Shown: positions 48,556 through 58,725 of the stretch, piece by piece
Position numbering within the stretch: the stretch's first letter is position 1
Layout: each line of letters begins with the position of its first letter
DNA from: Candidatus Doudnabacteria bacterium
Lineage (GTDB): Bacteria > Patescibacteriota > Doudnabacteria > UBA920
Length of the DNA stretch: 64,000 nt
Reading direction: 5' to 3'
Assembly: GCA_963768175.1 (NCBI GenBank)
Contig: CAVYGQ010000001.1
Span: 190,305-254,304, forward strand
Notes under the pieces: model-generated
What the model saw: the letters and a program-made list of their open reading frames with translations, nothing else
The model's database searches: none
What the model was told of the DNA's origin: nothing
Program-made: the position numbers and the translations under genes

Positions 48556-50142
48556 ATGCTAAACAAACTCAAGAACCTAGAACAGAATTTTTCCGTTTCC
48601 AAAGCCGCAATTATTGTGGGCTTTTTTACGCTGCTATCCAAATTGGTCGGATTAATCCGCGATCCGCTGCTGGCCGGAAAAATCGGGGTAGGCGACAGCT
48701 TGGATATCTATTACGCGGCTTTTCGCATCCCAGATTTTATTTTTAATTTGCTGGTATTGGGAACTTTGTCGGTCGCGTTAATCCCCGTTTTTACCGAATG
48801 GCTATTAAAAGACAAAGATAAAGCCAACCGCATTTCCAGTTCCGTTTTAAATATTTCCGTATCCGGCATGGCGGCAATCTGTTTAATTTTACTTATTTTC
48901 TCCGCTCCGCTGACAAAAGCTTTGGTTCCGGGGTTTTCGGGGGACAAACTTGCTCACACCATCCAGTTAATGAGATTGTTTTTACTGTCGCCGATTATTT
49001 TTACCGCTTCCAACGTTTTTACAAGTTTTCTGACTGCGAGCAAAAAATTCCTGGTGTTGAGCATCGCCCCCATTATGTATAATTTGGGCATTATTTTTGG
49101 CCTGTTCTTTTTTTACCCGCATTTTGGCTTAATGGGTTTGGGCTACGGCGTAATTTTAGGCGCGCTTTGCCACCTGCTAGTGCAAATCCCGGAAGCCGTG
49201 CGTTTTGGCTGGCGTTTTAAAGCGGTGATAGATTGGCACGAGCCCACGCTGAAAAAAATCGCCAAACTGTTTATACCCAGGATAATCGGAGTGGATATTT
49301 CCCAAATTAGTTTGATTGTCGGCACCACCGTTGGTTCCATTTTAGCCGCCGGTTCCGTTACCATTTTTAACCTTGCCAACAACTTACAGGCTGCGCCATT
49401 GGGAATTTTTGCGCTTTCCATATCGGCTGCCTCATTTCCGCTGCTTTCCGAGCATTACTCCAAAGGCGATAACAAGGCTTTTTTAAAAACTTTGGCCGAC
49501 AACGTCATAATGGTCCTGTTTTTTATTATCCCGATTACAATCTTAATGCTAATCTTCCGCGCCTATATTGTGCGCATTATTTACGGCCACGGAAAATTTA
49601 ACTGGAACGACACGGTTTTGATGTTCACGACTTTCGGCATCTTAACTTTTTCCCTTATCGGGCAAAGCCTTTCGCCGCTGTTTTCACGCAGCTTTTACTC
49701 CCGCCAAAACACGATTATCCCGGTTATGGTCAATATTTGCTCCATAATTGTAGATATAATTTTGGCTTACGTCTTGGGAAAACAATTCGGTTTGGTAGGC
49801 ATTGCCGGCGGTTTTGTTATTGCCTGCACACTGGACGCGCTGGTAATGTTTTTATTTTTGCGCTGGTATTTGCATAAAAGCGATATCTCGTTTACGGATT
49901 TTGACAGCGAAGTAGGGCACTTTCTGGTTAAACTTTTGTTCTCCAGCATTGTAATGGGCCTTGTCGGTTATGGCGGAATTTATGCTTTTGCGCCTTTAGT
50001 CAACACCCGCACAACTTTGGGAATAATCATCCAATCCGGCCTGGCCGTTACCATTGCCCTGTTGGCATTTTTAGTTGTGTCCTATAAAATAGGCATACAG
50101 CAAACTAAAAGGGTTTTGGGGATCATAAGAAAAGTGTTCTAA
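48556..50142 (+). CDS. murJ: lipid II flippase MurJ/MviN
   Basis: SKLVGLIRD, AAFRIPD, multi-TM, RSFYSRQNT. Confidence 0.93.
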   Translation: MLNKLKNLEQNFSVSKAAIIVGFFTLLSKLVGLIRDPLLAGKIGVGDSLDIYYAAFRIPDFIFNLLVLGTLSVALIPVFTEWLLKDKDKANRISSSVLNISVSGMAAICLILLIFSAPLTKALVPGFSGDKLAHTIQLMRLFLLSPIIFTASNVFTSFLTASKKFLVLSIAPIMYNLGIIFGLFFFYPHFGLMGLGYGVILGALCHLLVQIPEAVRFGWRFKAVIDWHEPTLKKIAKLFIPRIIGVDISQISLIVGTTVGSILAAGSVTIFNLANNLQAAPLGIFALSISAASFPLLSEHYSKGDNKAFLKTLADNVIMVLFFIIPITILMLIFRAYIVRIIYGHGKFNWNDTVLMFTTFGILTFSLIGQSLSPLFSRSFYSRQNTIIPVMVNICSIIVDIILAYVLGKQFGLVGIAGGFVIACTLDALVMFLFLRWYLHKSDISFTDFDSEVGHFLVKLLFSSIVMGLVGYGGIYAFAPLVNTRTTLGIIIQSGLAVTIALLAFLVVSYKIGIQQTKRVLGIIRKVF

Positions 50143-50167
50143 TCCATTTTTTTGATTCGATATATTT

Positions 50168-52402
50168 ATGTTCCAGAACAACATCAGAAATTTCTGCATC
50201 ATCGCTCATATTGACCACGGTAAGTCCACGCTGGCTGACCGGCTTTTGGAAATTACCCACACAGTCAGCAAGCGTGACATGAAGGACCAGCTGCTTGACC
50301 AAATGGATTTGGAACGGGAAAGGGGAATTACAATCAAGCTGCAACCTGTCAGAATGCAATATACGCTGACTAACACGGACAGTAAACGGACTAACGCGGA
50401 AGGCAATTTGTTATACGAGGATTTAACTTACAAGATAAGAGGGGCTGTATTTGAAGTCCGCAGGCAAATCGGCCCGGGCCATAAAGAAAGTGTTTACCAG
50501 AACGCCTTGGCTTTAGAGTTCAAAAAACGAAATATACCTTTTGAAAAGGAAAAACGCATTGATGTCTTGTATTACGATAAAAAAGTCGGCGTTTACCAAC
50601 CAGATTTTTTAATAGATAATAAAGTATTACTGGAAACCAAAGCTTTGTCATTTATTGGAAAGAATGAAGAGAGACAGGTTTGGCATTATTTAAAAGGTAC
50701 TCCATATAAACTCGCTCTATTAGTCAACTTCTCTTCTGCCGGCGCCGATATCAAACGGATTATTAATACTCCGTTACAGTCCATTTCCGAAAAGTCCGTT
50801 CCTAGTCCATCACCGTCAGTGTACACATTGAATTTAATTGATACGCCAGGGCATGTGGACTTTAGTTACGAAGTTTCGCGATCCCTTGCCTGCTGTGAAG
50901 GCGCAATTTTAGTCGTGGACAGCACGCAAGGCATAGAAGCCCAAACCTTGGCCAACGTCCACTTGGCACAGGAGCATAATTTGGTTTTAATCCCGGTGGT
51001 CAATAAAATAGATTTGCCAAACTCCGACCGTAAACAAACCGCGGAAGAACTAAAAACCGTTTTTGGCTTCACGGACAATGAAATACTTTACGCCTCGGGG
51101 AAGACCGGCGAAGGCGTGGAGGATATTTTAAAAGCGGTAATCAAAAAAGTTCCTCCTCCGGTCGGCGACGAACAAAAGCCGTTCCGCGGCCTGATTTTTG
51201 ACTCCATGTACGACATCCACCGCGGCGTGGTAATTTTTGTCCGCTGTTTTGACGGAGAATTAAAAAACCGAGAAAAAGTCTTTACCATCGGCAGCCAAAC
51301 CCAGTTTGAAAGTTTGGAGGTCGGATATTTCCATCCAAAAATGGAAAAGTCCGATGGAATAAAAACCGGCGAAGTCGGCTATATAGTCACCGGTTTGCGC
51401 GACGTCAGCAAGGCCCGCGTGGGCGACACTGTCACGCTGTATGATCGAAAAACCGATGTAAAACAACTGCCCGGCTACAAACACGTAAAGCCGATGGTTT
51501 ATGCCACCATTTTCCCGGTCAGCGGGGATGACTATCCGCTTTTGCGCGATGCCATGAACAAATTAAAGCTTTCCGATGCCGCGCTGGAATTTGAGCCGAT
51601 AAATATTCCTTCCATCGGCTTTGGTTTCCGCACAGGGTTTTTGGGGCTGCTTCATATGGACATTGTACAGGAGCGCCTGACCCGCGAATACAATTTGGAT
51701 TTAATTTTAACCGCGCCTTCGGTGGCTTACCATGTCGTGACAAGCAGCGGAAAAGATTTATACATCCACAACCCGGCGGAGTTTCCCGATCCGTCCATCA
51801 TAAAAGAGCTTTACGAGCCGTGGATGTCCGTAAATATTTTGGTGCCGCAAACTTACATTGGCCCGATTATGGAAATCGCCACCCAGCGCCGCGCCATTTC
51901 CAAAGACATAAAATATTTGGGCAAAAATCGCGTGGAAATGAATTTTGAAATGCCGCTGGCCAATATTATTTCCGATTTTTACGATAAGCTTAAATCCGTG
52001 TCCAGCGGTTATGCCAGTTTGAATTATGATTTAATTGAAGAGCGGGTAGGGGATTTGGTTAAAGTGGATATCTTGGTCGCCGGCGAGCCGGTAGTCGCGC
52101 TGTCGGCAATTATGCACCGTTTTACCGCTACCGCCGAAGGCAAGCAATTAGTGGAAAAACTTAAAACCTTAATTCCCAAACACCAGTTTGAGGTTGCCAT
52201 TCAGGCCGCAATTGGCGGTAAAATAATCGCCCGCGAAACCATCTCCGCCCTGCGCAAAGACGTTACCGGCTACCTTTATGGCGGCGACGTCACCCGCAAA
52301 ATGAAACTTTTAAATAAACAAAAACGCGGCAAAAAACGGATGAAGAGAATAGGTAAGGTGGATATTCCTCAGGAGGCATTCCTTGCTGTACTTAAAAAAT
52401 AA
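50168..52402 (+). CDS. lepA: elongation factor 4 (LepA) with an in-frame GxxExxY insertion
   Basis: IAHIDHGKSTLADR, ERERGITIK, IDTPGHVDF, NKID, GFLGLLH, C-terminal KQKRGKKRMK. Confidence 0.97.
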   Translation: MFQNNIRNFCIIAHIDHGKSTLADRLLEITHTVSKRDMKDQLLDQMDLERERGITIKLQPVRMQYTLTNTDSKRTNAEGNLLYEDLTYKIRGAVFEVRRQIGPGHKESVYQNALALEFKKRNIPFEKEKRIDVLYYDKKVGVYQPDFLIDNKVLLETKALSFIGKNEERQVWHYLKGTPYKLALLVNFSSAGADIKRIINTPLQSISEKSVPSPSPSVYTLNLIDTPGHVDFSYEVSRSLACCEGAILVVDSTQGIEAQTLANVHLAQEHNLVLIPVVNKIDLPNSDRKQTAEELKTVFGFTDNEILYASGKTGEGVEDILKAVIKKVPPPVGDEQKPFRGLIFDSMYDIHRGVVIFVRCFDGELKNREKVFTIGSQTQFESLEVGYFHPKMEKSDGIKTGEVGYIVTGLRDVSKARVGDTVTLYDRKTDVKQLPGYKHVKPMVYATIFPVSGDDYPLLRDAMNKLKLSDAALEFEPINIPSIGFGFRTGFLGLLHMDIVQERLTREYNLDLILTAPSVAYHVVTSSGKDLYIHNPAEFPDPSIIKELYEPWMSVNILVPQTYIGPIMEIATQRRAISKDIKYLGKNRVEMNFEMPLANIISDFYDKLKSVSSGYASLNYDLIEERVGDLVKVDILVAGEPVVALSAIMHRFTATAEGKQLVEKLKTLIPKHQFEVAIQAAIGGKIIARETISALRKDVTGYLYGGDVTRKMKLLNKQKRGKKRMKRIGKVDIPQEAFLAVLKK
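50362..50823 (+). mobile_element. GxxExxY nuclease insertion with complementary arms inside lepA
   Basis: GHKESVY and PD..ETK motifs; arms tacgctgac/gtcagtgta with internal GGAC/GTCC repeats. Confidence 0.75.
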
Positions 52403-52417
52403 TGTTATAATTTGTTC

Positions 52418-52654
52418 ATGCTAGAAAGTGAATTTCAATATTATAAAGACCACCAAAAGGAACTCGTCGATAAATTTGAAGGTAAGTTTATCGTTATTAA
52501 AGGCGCCAAGGTGATCGGTGTATATGATACAGAAATTGAGGCCTATGAAGAAACCAAAAAAATTGAAGAACTTGGCACTTTTCTTATTCAGCAAGTTTTA
52601 CCGGGAACAGAAAGTTATACCCAAACTTTTCATTCCAGAGTTAGCGTAATATAA
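52418..52654 (+). CDS. small DUF5678-like protein
   Basis: FQYYKDHQKELVDKFEGKFIVIKGAKVIGVYD; immediately upstream of an aspartic protease. Confidence 0.7.
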   Translation: MLESEFQYYKDHQKELVDKFEGKFIVIKGAKVIGVYDTEIEAYEETKKIEELGTFLIQQVLPGTESYTQTFHSRVSVI

Positions 52655-52661
52655 TAAAATC

Positions 52662-53180
52662 ATGCCGGAAGCGCTTACCTTAAAAGCTAACGGAATTGCT
52701 AGAGTTTTAGTTTCCGAAGTTGGAGTATCAGAACCTTTAGGTAATCTTCAGCCAAATCAAACAATTCAAATAAAAAATTTCAGAGGGATTTGGGACACTG
52801 GGGCCACGGGATGTGTGATAACAAATAAAGTAGTATCGGATCTGGGTCTAAAGCCAATCGGTATGAGAGAAGTACATACCGCAAATGGAAAAGCAAACCA
52901 ACAGACTTACCTTGTTGACATTTATTTACCAAATAAGGTTCGCATTGTAAATTTAACCGTAACTGAGGCCTCGTTGCCTCAAAATACCGACTGCTTAATT
53001 GGAATGGATGTTATTACTTTGGGTGATTTTTGTATTACGAATTTGAATGGAAAAACGGTAATGTCTTTTAGAACTCCTTCTAGTGCCTGCATTGATTTTG
53101 TAGAGGAGTTAAAACTTAACGACCCGAATAGAATGAGCAGGCAGCAAAGAAGAGCGATGTTGAGAAAAAAAGGATTTTAA
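52662..53180 (+). CDS. retropepsin-like (clan AA) aspartic protease
   Basis: IWDTGA catalytic motif and LIGMD. Confidence 0.85.
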   Translation: MPEALTLKANGIARVLVSEVGVSEPLGNLQPNQTIQIKNFRGIWDTGATGCVITNKVVSDLGLKPIGMREVHTANGKANQQTYLVDIYLPNKVRIVNLTVTEASLPQNTDCLIGMDVITLGDFCITNLNGKTVMSFRTPSSACIDFVEELKLNDPNRMSRQQRRAMLRKKGF

Positions 53181-53326
53181 AAATCGGCAAAAGGCCGATT
53201 TTTTGATATTATGCCGAGTGCTTATTCGCACGAATTAGCACTCGAACAAGCAAATACAATCAAAAAGCCCTATTTTCCGCGGCAACTTGATCTCCCGAAA
53301 AAGGTGTATACTATAGGTGGAAAGGG

Positions 53327-53590
53327 GTGAGTTATATGCCCAAGGAAGAGCTTGTGGGAGAAGTCTTCCGATATTACGAAGACAAAGGGACTGCCTGTAT
53401 TAAGCTTTCGGGCAGGCTCGTAGTCGGCCAAACCTTGCACTTTAAGGACCCTAACGGCGATTATTTCCAAACTATCGGCGAAATGGAAGTCGCCAACGAA
53501 ACGGCACGTTTTGCCTACCGTGGTGACTATGTGGGAATCAAAGTCGGGCGAAAGCTGCATGAACACGACCAGGTTTTTGTGCAGGATTAG
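53327..53590 (+). CDS. small EF-Tu domain II-like beta-barrel protein
   Basis: VGEVFRYY..LVVGQ..F.Q....M......A..GD.VGIKV......D.VF pattern. Confidence 0.7.
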   Translation: MSYMPKEELVGEVFRYYEDKGTACIKLSGRLVVGQTLHFKDPNGDYFQTIGEMEVANETARFAYRGDYVGIKVGRKLHEHDQVFVQD

Positions 53591-53713
53591 ATTTTTCATA
53601 AAAAATGTTTCAATCTAACAAATTGAGATGCGGTTTTTTGGGATATTTTTAAATTTTGATTTTTTAAAAAGATTTTATATAATGATTCCAAGTAAAAATT
53701 AACAAACAAACCT

Positions 53714-54343
53714 ATGCAAAAGAAAGTAATTTTTATGGCAGTTGCCATAACTTTAGTAGCCGCCGGGTGCGGCAAGAAGCAGCCTCCTGCACCGGTCAAT
53801 CCCTTGCAGGGCAATGCCAAGACAAATACCCAGGCAAGCGGACAGCTAATGACATTGAATGATTTATTGGCAGCGGGCAAATCCCAAAAGTGCACAGTCA
53901 GCTACGTAGTTAACAATACACAAAATCAAGGGACAGTCTATATTGACGGAAGCAACGTTCGGATGGATACAACTTACCAGCTTAACGGCGCCGAAAAAAA
54001 CTTCAGCGTAATTAGCAACGGCCAGTATGCATACCTTTGGACTAGCGATTCGACATTGGGATTTAAAGCCCCGGTTCAAAAAACTAGTACCTCTAGCCAA
54101 CCGTTCGGCGCAAGCAAACTGCGCCAAGACTTAGACCCAAACCATCCATACCAATATGACTGTTCCGGCTGGACGGCTGATTCGTCTGAATTCACCCCTC
54201 CTTCTTCCATAAATTTTAGCGACATGGGGAAGCTGCAAAGCCAAACCCCAGTGGCACCGGGTAGTAATGCCCAAGCTTGTGCCGCTTGCAACTACGCAGG
54301 CAGCGGAAAAGCCAAATGTTTGGCCGATTTAGGGTGCAAGTAA
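53714..54343 (+). CDS. putative lipoprotein
   Basis: Lipobox LVAAGC; C-terminal CxxC..C...C. Confidence 0.8.
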   Translation: MQKKVIFMAVAITLVAAGCGKKQPPAPVNPLQGNAKTNTQASGQLMTLNDLLAAGKSQKCTVSYVVNNTQNQGTVYIDGSNVRMDTTYQLNGAEKNFSVISNGQYAYLWTSDSTLGFKAPVQKTSTSSQPFGASKLRQDLDPNHPYQYDCSGWTADSSEFTPPSSINFSDMGKLQSQTPVAPGSNAQACAACNYAGSGKAKCLADLGCK

Positions 54344-54372
54344 AACTGTACAACATAGCTATCAACACAAAC

Positions 54373-54424
54373 ACAATGGGCACCATTGGCCAAAGCCAAC
54401 TTTTATTCCAATGGTGCCCATTGT
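54373..54424. repeat. REP-like palindrome, copy 2
   Basis: ACAATGGGCACCATTGG..CCAATGGTGCCCATTGT. Confidence 0.8.
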
Positions 54425-54599
54425 CGCGCTAAAAACCCCGCCGAACTGGCGCGGGGTTTTTATTTTTGCCTAAAATATGGTAGAATAAATCCAGCGCTAC
54501 TTTTTGATTATCACTATTAAAAGATAAGATTTAAAGTCAATTTTACCCCAGCCTTAAACAGTAAAAGTTTAAAAAAAGTGGTGCTGGATAAAGGTACCT

Positions 54600-54710
54600 A
54601 TGTTTAAAAATCGCAAACACCTAAACAAAATAATGGCCATAATAATGGTTATAGTCGTCCTTAGCATGGTTGGGGCGCTATTTGCTGGCGCATTTATCGG
54701 CAACAAGTAA
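54600..54710 (+). CDS. small single-TM protein MFKNRKHLNKIMAIIMVIVVLSMVGALFAGAFIGNK
   Basis: Basic N-terminus plus one TM helix; fills the gap between the promoter and the next gene; below the ORF-track cutoff. Confidence 0.7.
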   Translation: MFKNRKHLNKIMAIIMVIVVLSMVGALFAGAFIGNK

Positions 54711-54722
54711 GCGAAATTTTCC

Positions 54723-55265
54723 ATGTTCAAATTTGATTTGCTGGAAAACGAAAAAGTCATCAATATTTATCGGCAAACCGAGGCGGTGCTATTTAAACCG
54801 GTACTCATTATTTTTGTGTTAATATTTTCCCCCTGGTATTTTTTAATCAAATACGAATTAGTTTCCGGCCATGAGCGCCTGCTACTGTTTTGGACTTTCT
54901 TGGTTTTTTTGTATGGCGTCCGCACTTATCTTATTTGGCTCCTTAACGCTTATATTGTTACCGATATGCGCTTAATAAATGTCTCCCACAAAAGCCTGCT
55001 TAATAAAAAAGTGGTGGAGACCCCGCTGGAGCGGATTTTAAATGTCAGTTTCCAAATAAAAGGTTTTTGGCAGTCCCTATTCAGATTCGGCACGGTAGAA
55101 GTCCAGGCGGCAGGCCTTGTTGATCCTTTGGCTTTAAAAAACGTTAGCCAGCCCGATAAGCTTAAGGATTTCTTATGGAAAATCCATAACCAGCATTCGG
55201 GAGGAGGGATTTTAACGCAAAATTTGGAAATTAAACACCCGTCTTTACCTAGGCAGGTAAAATGA
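54723..55265 (+). CDS. bacterial PH-domain membrane protein
   Basis: Two TMs, YIVTDMRLI, LERI, FGTVEVQAAG. Confidence 0.8.
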   Translation: MFKFDLLENEKVINIYRQTEAVLFKPVLIIFVLIFSPWYFLIKYELVSGHERLLLFWTFLVFLYGVRTYLIWLLNAYIVTDMRLINVSHKSLLNKKVVETPLERILNVSFQIKGFWQSLFRFGTVEVQAAGLVDPLALKNVSQPDKLKDFLWKIHNQHSGGGILTQNLEIKHPSLPRQVK

Positions 55266-55627
55266 TAAACAAACAAGCCCTGTCATCTAAAATAACTATC
55301 GTAGGCCTGTTAATTTTACTGGCCTTCTTGTCGGATTGGAAATACAAACAGTGGTCCAGTGAAAAATTAATCCAGAAACAAAAACAAGATTTACAACAGC
55401 AGGCCGACGCTTTACAAAAAAAGAACAACGAATTAAGCCAGTCCTTGCAGGATTTTAATTCTCTCAGCTTTAAGGAAAGTGTGGCCAGACGGCAGCTGAA
55501 TTTAAAAAAACAGGGTGAGCAGGTTTACACTTTTATGGATGCCGCGGCAGCCGGCCAAATGCAGAATCAAAATTCCCAAGGCCGGGGTAATGCTAAAAAA
55601 TGGCTTGATTATTTTTTTGCGAACTAA
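55262..55627 (+). CDS. septum formation initiator (FtsB/DivIC-like)
   Basis: TM, coiled coil, ESVARRQLNLKKQGEQV. Confidence 0.8.
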   Translation: MINKQALSSKITIVGLLILLAFLSDWKYKQWSSEKLIQKQKQDLQQQADALQKKNNELSQSLQDFNSLSFKESVARRQLNLKKQGEQVYTFMDAAAAGQMQNQNSQGRGNAKKWLDYFFAN

Positions 55628-55630
55628 AAA

Positions 55631-56494
55631 ATGCCCAGCAAACATCGCAAAATTTTAAAATATGTTTGTTGGCTAACGGCAATTATTCTGGTCTTAATAA
55701 TCTCGACCGCCTTATGGCTGTATACGGGTACGCTCACGCAGGACAAAATAAAAATTTTCCAAATCGTGCCTCTGCCCATGGCCTTGGTAAACGGGCATCC
55801 TCTTCCCATAAAGGATTTTTTGATAAGGTTTGGCGTTGCCCAAAAAGTTTTGACGCAAAATAACGAGCAACAGGCAAAATTCGCCATTGCCCAGCAGCTG
55901 ATTTTGGAAGACGAAATTTCCCAACTAGCGGCACAAAGTGATGTCTCGGTAAACCAAAAACAAATTGACCAAGAATACTCAATTTTATCGGCTCAAACAA
56001 ATTTGCAGGGGCAGCCTAATTTTGAAAAATTTTTGCAAAGTCAAAATTTAAATGAAAGCATCTTAAAAAACAGCGTGATAAAGCCAGAACTGCTTTTGGA
56101 CCAGCTGCGAATTTGGTTTAACTCCCAGCCCAATTTAAATCTTCGGGCCTACGGTTTGGCAAACAACCTGCTGACACAAATAAACGAGGGGAGCGACATG
56201 GCTGCTTTAGCCGTTCACTTTTCGGAAGACCCGACGGGAAAAAGTTCCGAAGGGGATATGGGTTTTGTGCAAATAACCGATCTCTCTTTAGAACTTAGGG
56301 AAAGCGTAAGCAACCTAAAGCCCGGCGAAACCAAAATTATCCCCGGCCTTAAGGGATTGTATATTATCCGCTTGGAGGAGCAAACCAATAACCGCTTGCA
56401 TTTGAGGGAAATATTTTTAAATACGGACGATTTTAACGCTTGGCTCAACGCCCAAACAAAAAATTTTAAAGTCATTAATTTATTAAAAATCTGA
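55631..56494 (+). CDS. SurA/PrsA-like parvulin PPIase
   Basis: ALVNG, LAVHFSEDP..GDMGF, LKPGE. Confidence 0.85.
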   Translation: MPSKHRKILKYVCWLTAIILVLIISTALWLYTGTLTQDKIKIFQIVPLPMALVNGHPLPIKDFLIRFGVAQKVLTQNNEQQAKFAIAQQLILEDEISQLAAQSDVSVNQKQIDQEYSILSAQTNLQGQPNFEKFLQSQNLNESILKNSVIKPELLLDQLRIWFNSQPNLNLRAYGLANNLLTQINEGSDMAALAVHFSEDPTGKSSEGDMGFVQITDLSLELRESVSNLKPGETKIIPGLKGLYIIRLEEQTNNRLHLREIFLNTDDFNAWLNAQTKNFKVINLLKI

Positions 56495-56596
56495 CAAGTA
56501 TAAAGTTATAGGTTGTGGAAACCGGTGTAGTCATAAGCAATAGGTTATAGGGTACTTATAACCATACACTTATTACTAAACCGGCATCTATAACTT

Positions 56597-58678
56597 ATGA
56601 CTATTAACCAAAACATTATGGACCAAGAAATTGTCGACTACATTTTACAGGCCCAAAAACACGGGCTGGTCGATTTAGAAATTAAACAAAACTTGCTTGA
56701 CGCCGGCTGGGATGCCAACATGGTTGAGCAAAGCTTTATTTTTGCAAAAGCAGTTGATACGCACTCGGGCGCTAACGATGTGCCACAGGTACCGGCTGGC
56801 TACCGAGCCTCCCAAAGACCCGATTTAAGCCGGCAACCAGCGGCTTTCCAAAATACCCACACCACCGTTGCCATTAGCGAAGAACAATTTCGAAAAGCTT
56901 CCGAGCCTCAAAAACACGGTTTTTTTAAGAAACCAGCACTTTGGATAGCCGTTGCGGTTCTAATGTTGCTGGCGGTCGGAACCTATGCCTATTACAGTTT
57001 AGTTTTAGCCAACCCGGCAAGAATTTGGCAAAAATTTACCCAAGCAGGCCAGCAGGCTACTTACCAGACAAAGTTCAATTTTTCTTATTCCGATCCCGGC
57101 CAATATGACAGCGGCACAAGCAGCCTTGTTAGCTTCCAATTTAAAAATATTAAACTCCAGTTAAGCGGCAGCGGTTATGTTAACGACCAAAATAAGGACA
57201 ATCCGGAATCTACTTCCAAAATCCAATACACTTTCAGCAGCGGCAATACCAGTTTTTCCACCGGTTTAGAATACATATTGCAAAATAAAATTTTATACTT
57301 AAATGTCGGCAGCAACCCAATTTTAGATTTTATCAGCCAGGAGGCCAACAACGGGCAAAAAATTGACTGGATAAAAATTGATTTAAGCCAATTAAGCAAT
57401 CAGGCTTCCGGTACTCCGGATACGGCTAAATTTTATCAACAGTTTGCCAACCCCGATTTTAAAAACGAACTCCAAAAAATTTGGGAAAACACTACCATAA
57501 TAAAGGAAGGTTCGTATGTCGGTCGGGAAAAAATTAACGGCGTTACGACTTTACATTTTAAAAATTCCGTAGATAAACAAGCCCTTAAAGGTTTAATAAA
57601 CCAGTATGTCCAGGAACTGACCAAAGCCCTTAAAGGCAGCGGCTCGGAGCTTTCCGACAGCGACGCCCAAACCATTAACCAAATCGCCGGCCAGCTCATT
57701 GATAAAGTCCAAATTCAAGATTTTGAAACCTGGGTCGGAATGACCGACTTTAAGCTTTACCGGGTACATTTGGCTGTTAATGCCCCTTCGTTAATATCTT
57801 TGGCAAAAAATGCGGGAAGCTTCATAGAGCCCTCTTCCGACGACGATAAAAGGATATTAGATGTAAGGCGTACGGCATCCGCTCTGGAACTTTATTATAA
57901 CGCGCACCACGGCTATCCCGATGCCTTAAACGGCCAACCAGTTGATTTAGTACCTGCGTATATGACTTCGTTCCCAACCGCTCCCCAGACTGCCGGCAAT
58001 TGCAGTGATTTTTTTAACACCTATTGGTACCAACCTATGGGACAAAAAACTATATATCAAGGCAAAACGGTTTATTCCTCTTATCAAATGACTTTTTGTC
58101 TTGGATCGTCTGCGGACGGTTATCAGGCCGGCATCGGGAAACTCACACCTTCGGGCATAACGGCCAACATAACTTGCCCGGGAACCCCGGAGCACTGCGC
58201 CAAATCGGCGGATGCAATTGACCCCAACATAGCTATAAAACAACAAATAACAGATTTCATTAGCAAGCTTGATTTTAGCGCCCAAGTCCAGGCCGATGCA
58301 GATTATACCGATTACGGCAAAACAATTCCTGTTACTCCTCCGGCAAGCTCGTTTGATCTTGTGCAAAAGTACCAAGCGACCCAAAGTCTGGCGGACGATG
58401 CCAAAAGGCTGGCTGACATAAGACAGATGTCCAGCGCTTTAGAGCTTTACTATAACGATAAAGGCTCTTACCCCCAAAGCCTAAATGCCTTGTCGCCGAC
58501 ATACATTGGAATCGTTCCTATTCCGCCCGCAGCTTCGGGGACTTGTTCCGAACAGGATAATGCCTATACCTATACAAAAATTGCTCCCGGAAAATTCCAG
58601 TTAACTTTTTGCTTAGGGCAGGCAACCGGAGGATATGCACCGGGCAGGCATACTTTATCGGAAACGGGGATTCAATAA
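56597..58678 (+). CDS. membrane-anchored protein carrying two pilin-like head domains
   Basis: TM near aa 115-135; two DxKRxxD..ALELYYN..YP..TFCLG repeats. Confidence 0.8.
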   Translation: MTINQNIMDQEIVDYILQAQKHGLVDLEIKQNLLDAGWDANMVEQSFIFAKAVDTHSGANDVPQVPAGYRASQRPDLSRQPAAFQNTHTTVAISEEQFRKASEPQKHGFFKKPALWIAVAVLMLLAVGTYAYYSLVLANPARIWQKFTQAGQQATYQTKFNFSYSDPGQYDSGTSSLVSFQFKNIKLQLSGSGYVNDQNKDNPESTSKIQYTFSSGNTSFSTGLEYILQNKILYLNVGSNPILDFISQEANNGQKIDWIKIDLSQLSNQASGTPDTAKFYQQFANPDFKNELQKIWENTTIIKEGSYVGREKINGVTTLHFKNSVDKQALKGLINQYVQELTKALKGSGSELSDSDAQTINQIAGQLIDKVQIQDFETWVGMTDFKLYRVHLAVNAPSLISLAKNAGSFIEPSSDDDKRILDVRRTASALELYYNAHHGYPDALNGQPVDLVPAYMTSFPTAPQTAGNCSDFFNTYWYQPMGQKTIYQGKTVYSSYQMTFCLGSSADGYQAGIGKLTPSGITANITCPGTPEHCAKSADAIDPNIAIKQQITDFISKLDFSAQVQADADYTDYGKTIPVTPPASSFDLVQKYQATQSLADDAKRLADIRQMSSALELYYNDKGSYPQSLNALSPTYIGIVPIPPAASGTCSEQDNAYTYTKIAPGKFQLTFCLGQATGGYAPGRHTLSETGIQ

Positions 58679-58725
58679 ATCTAAAAGGCCTTTTAAATTC
58701 GCCGGCATTGCTATATAATTAAACT

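Noticed and set aside
50362-50823. Intein or group I/II intron in lepA
   Set aside because: No intein splice residues and no room for a ribozyme core; reported instead as an unclassified insertion.
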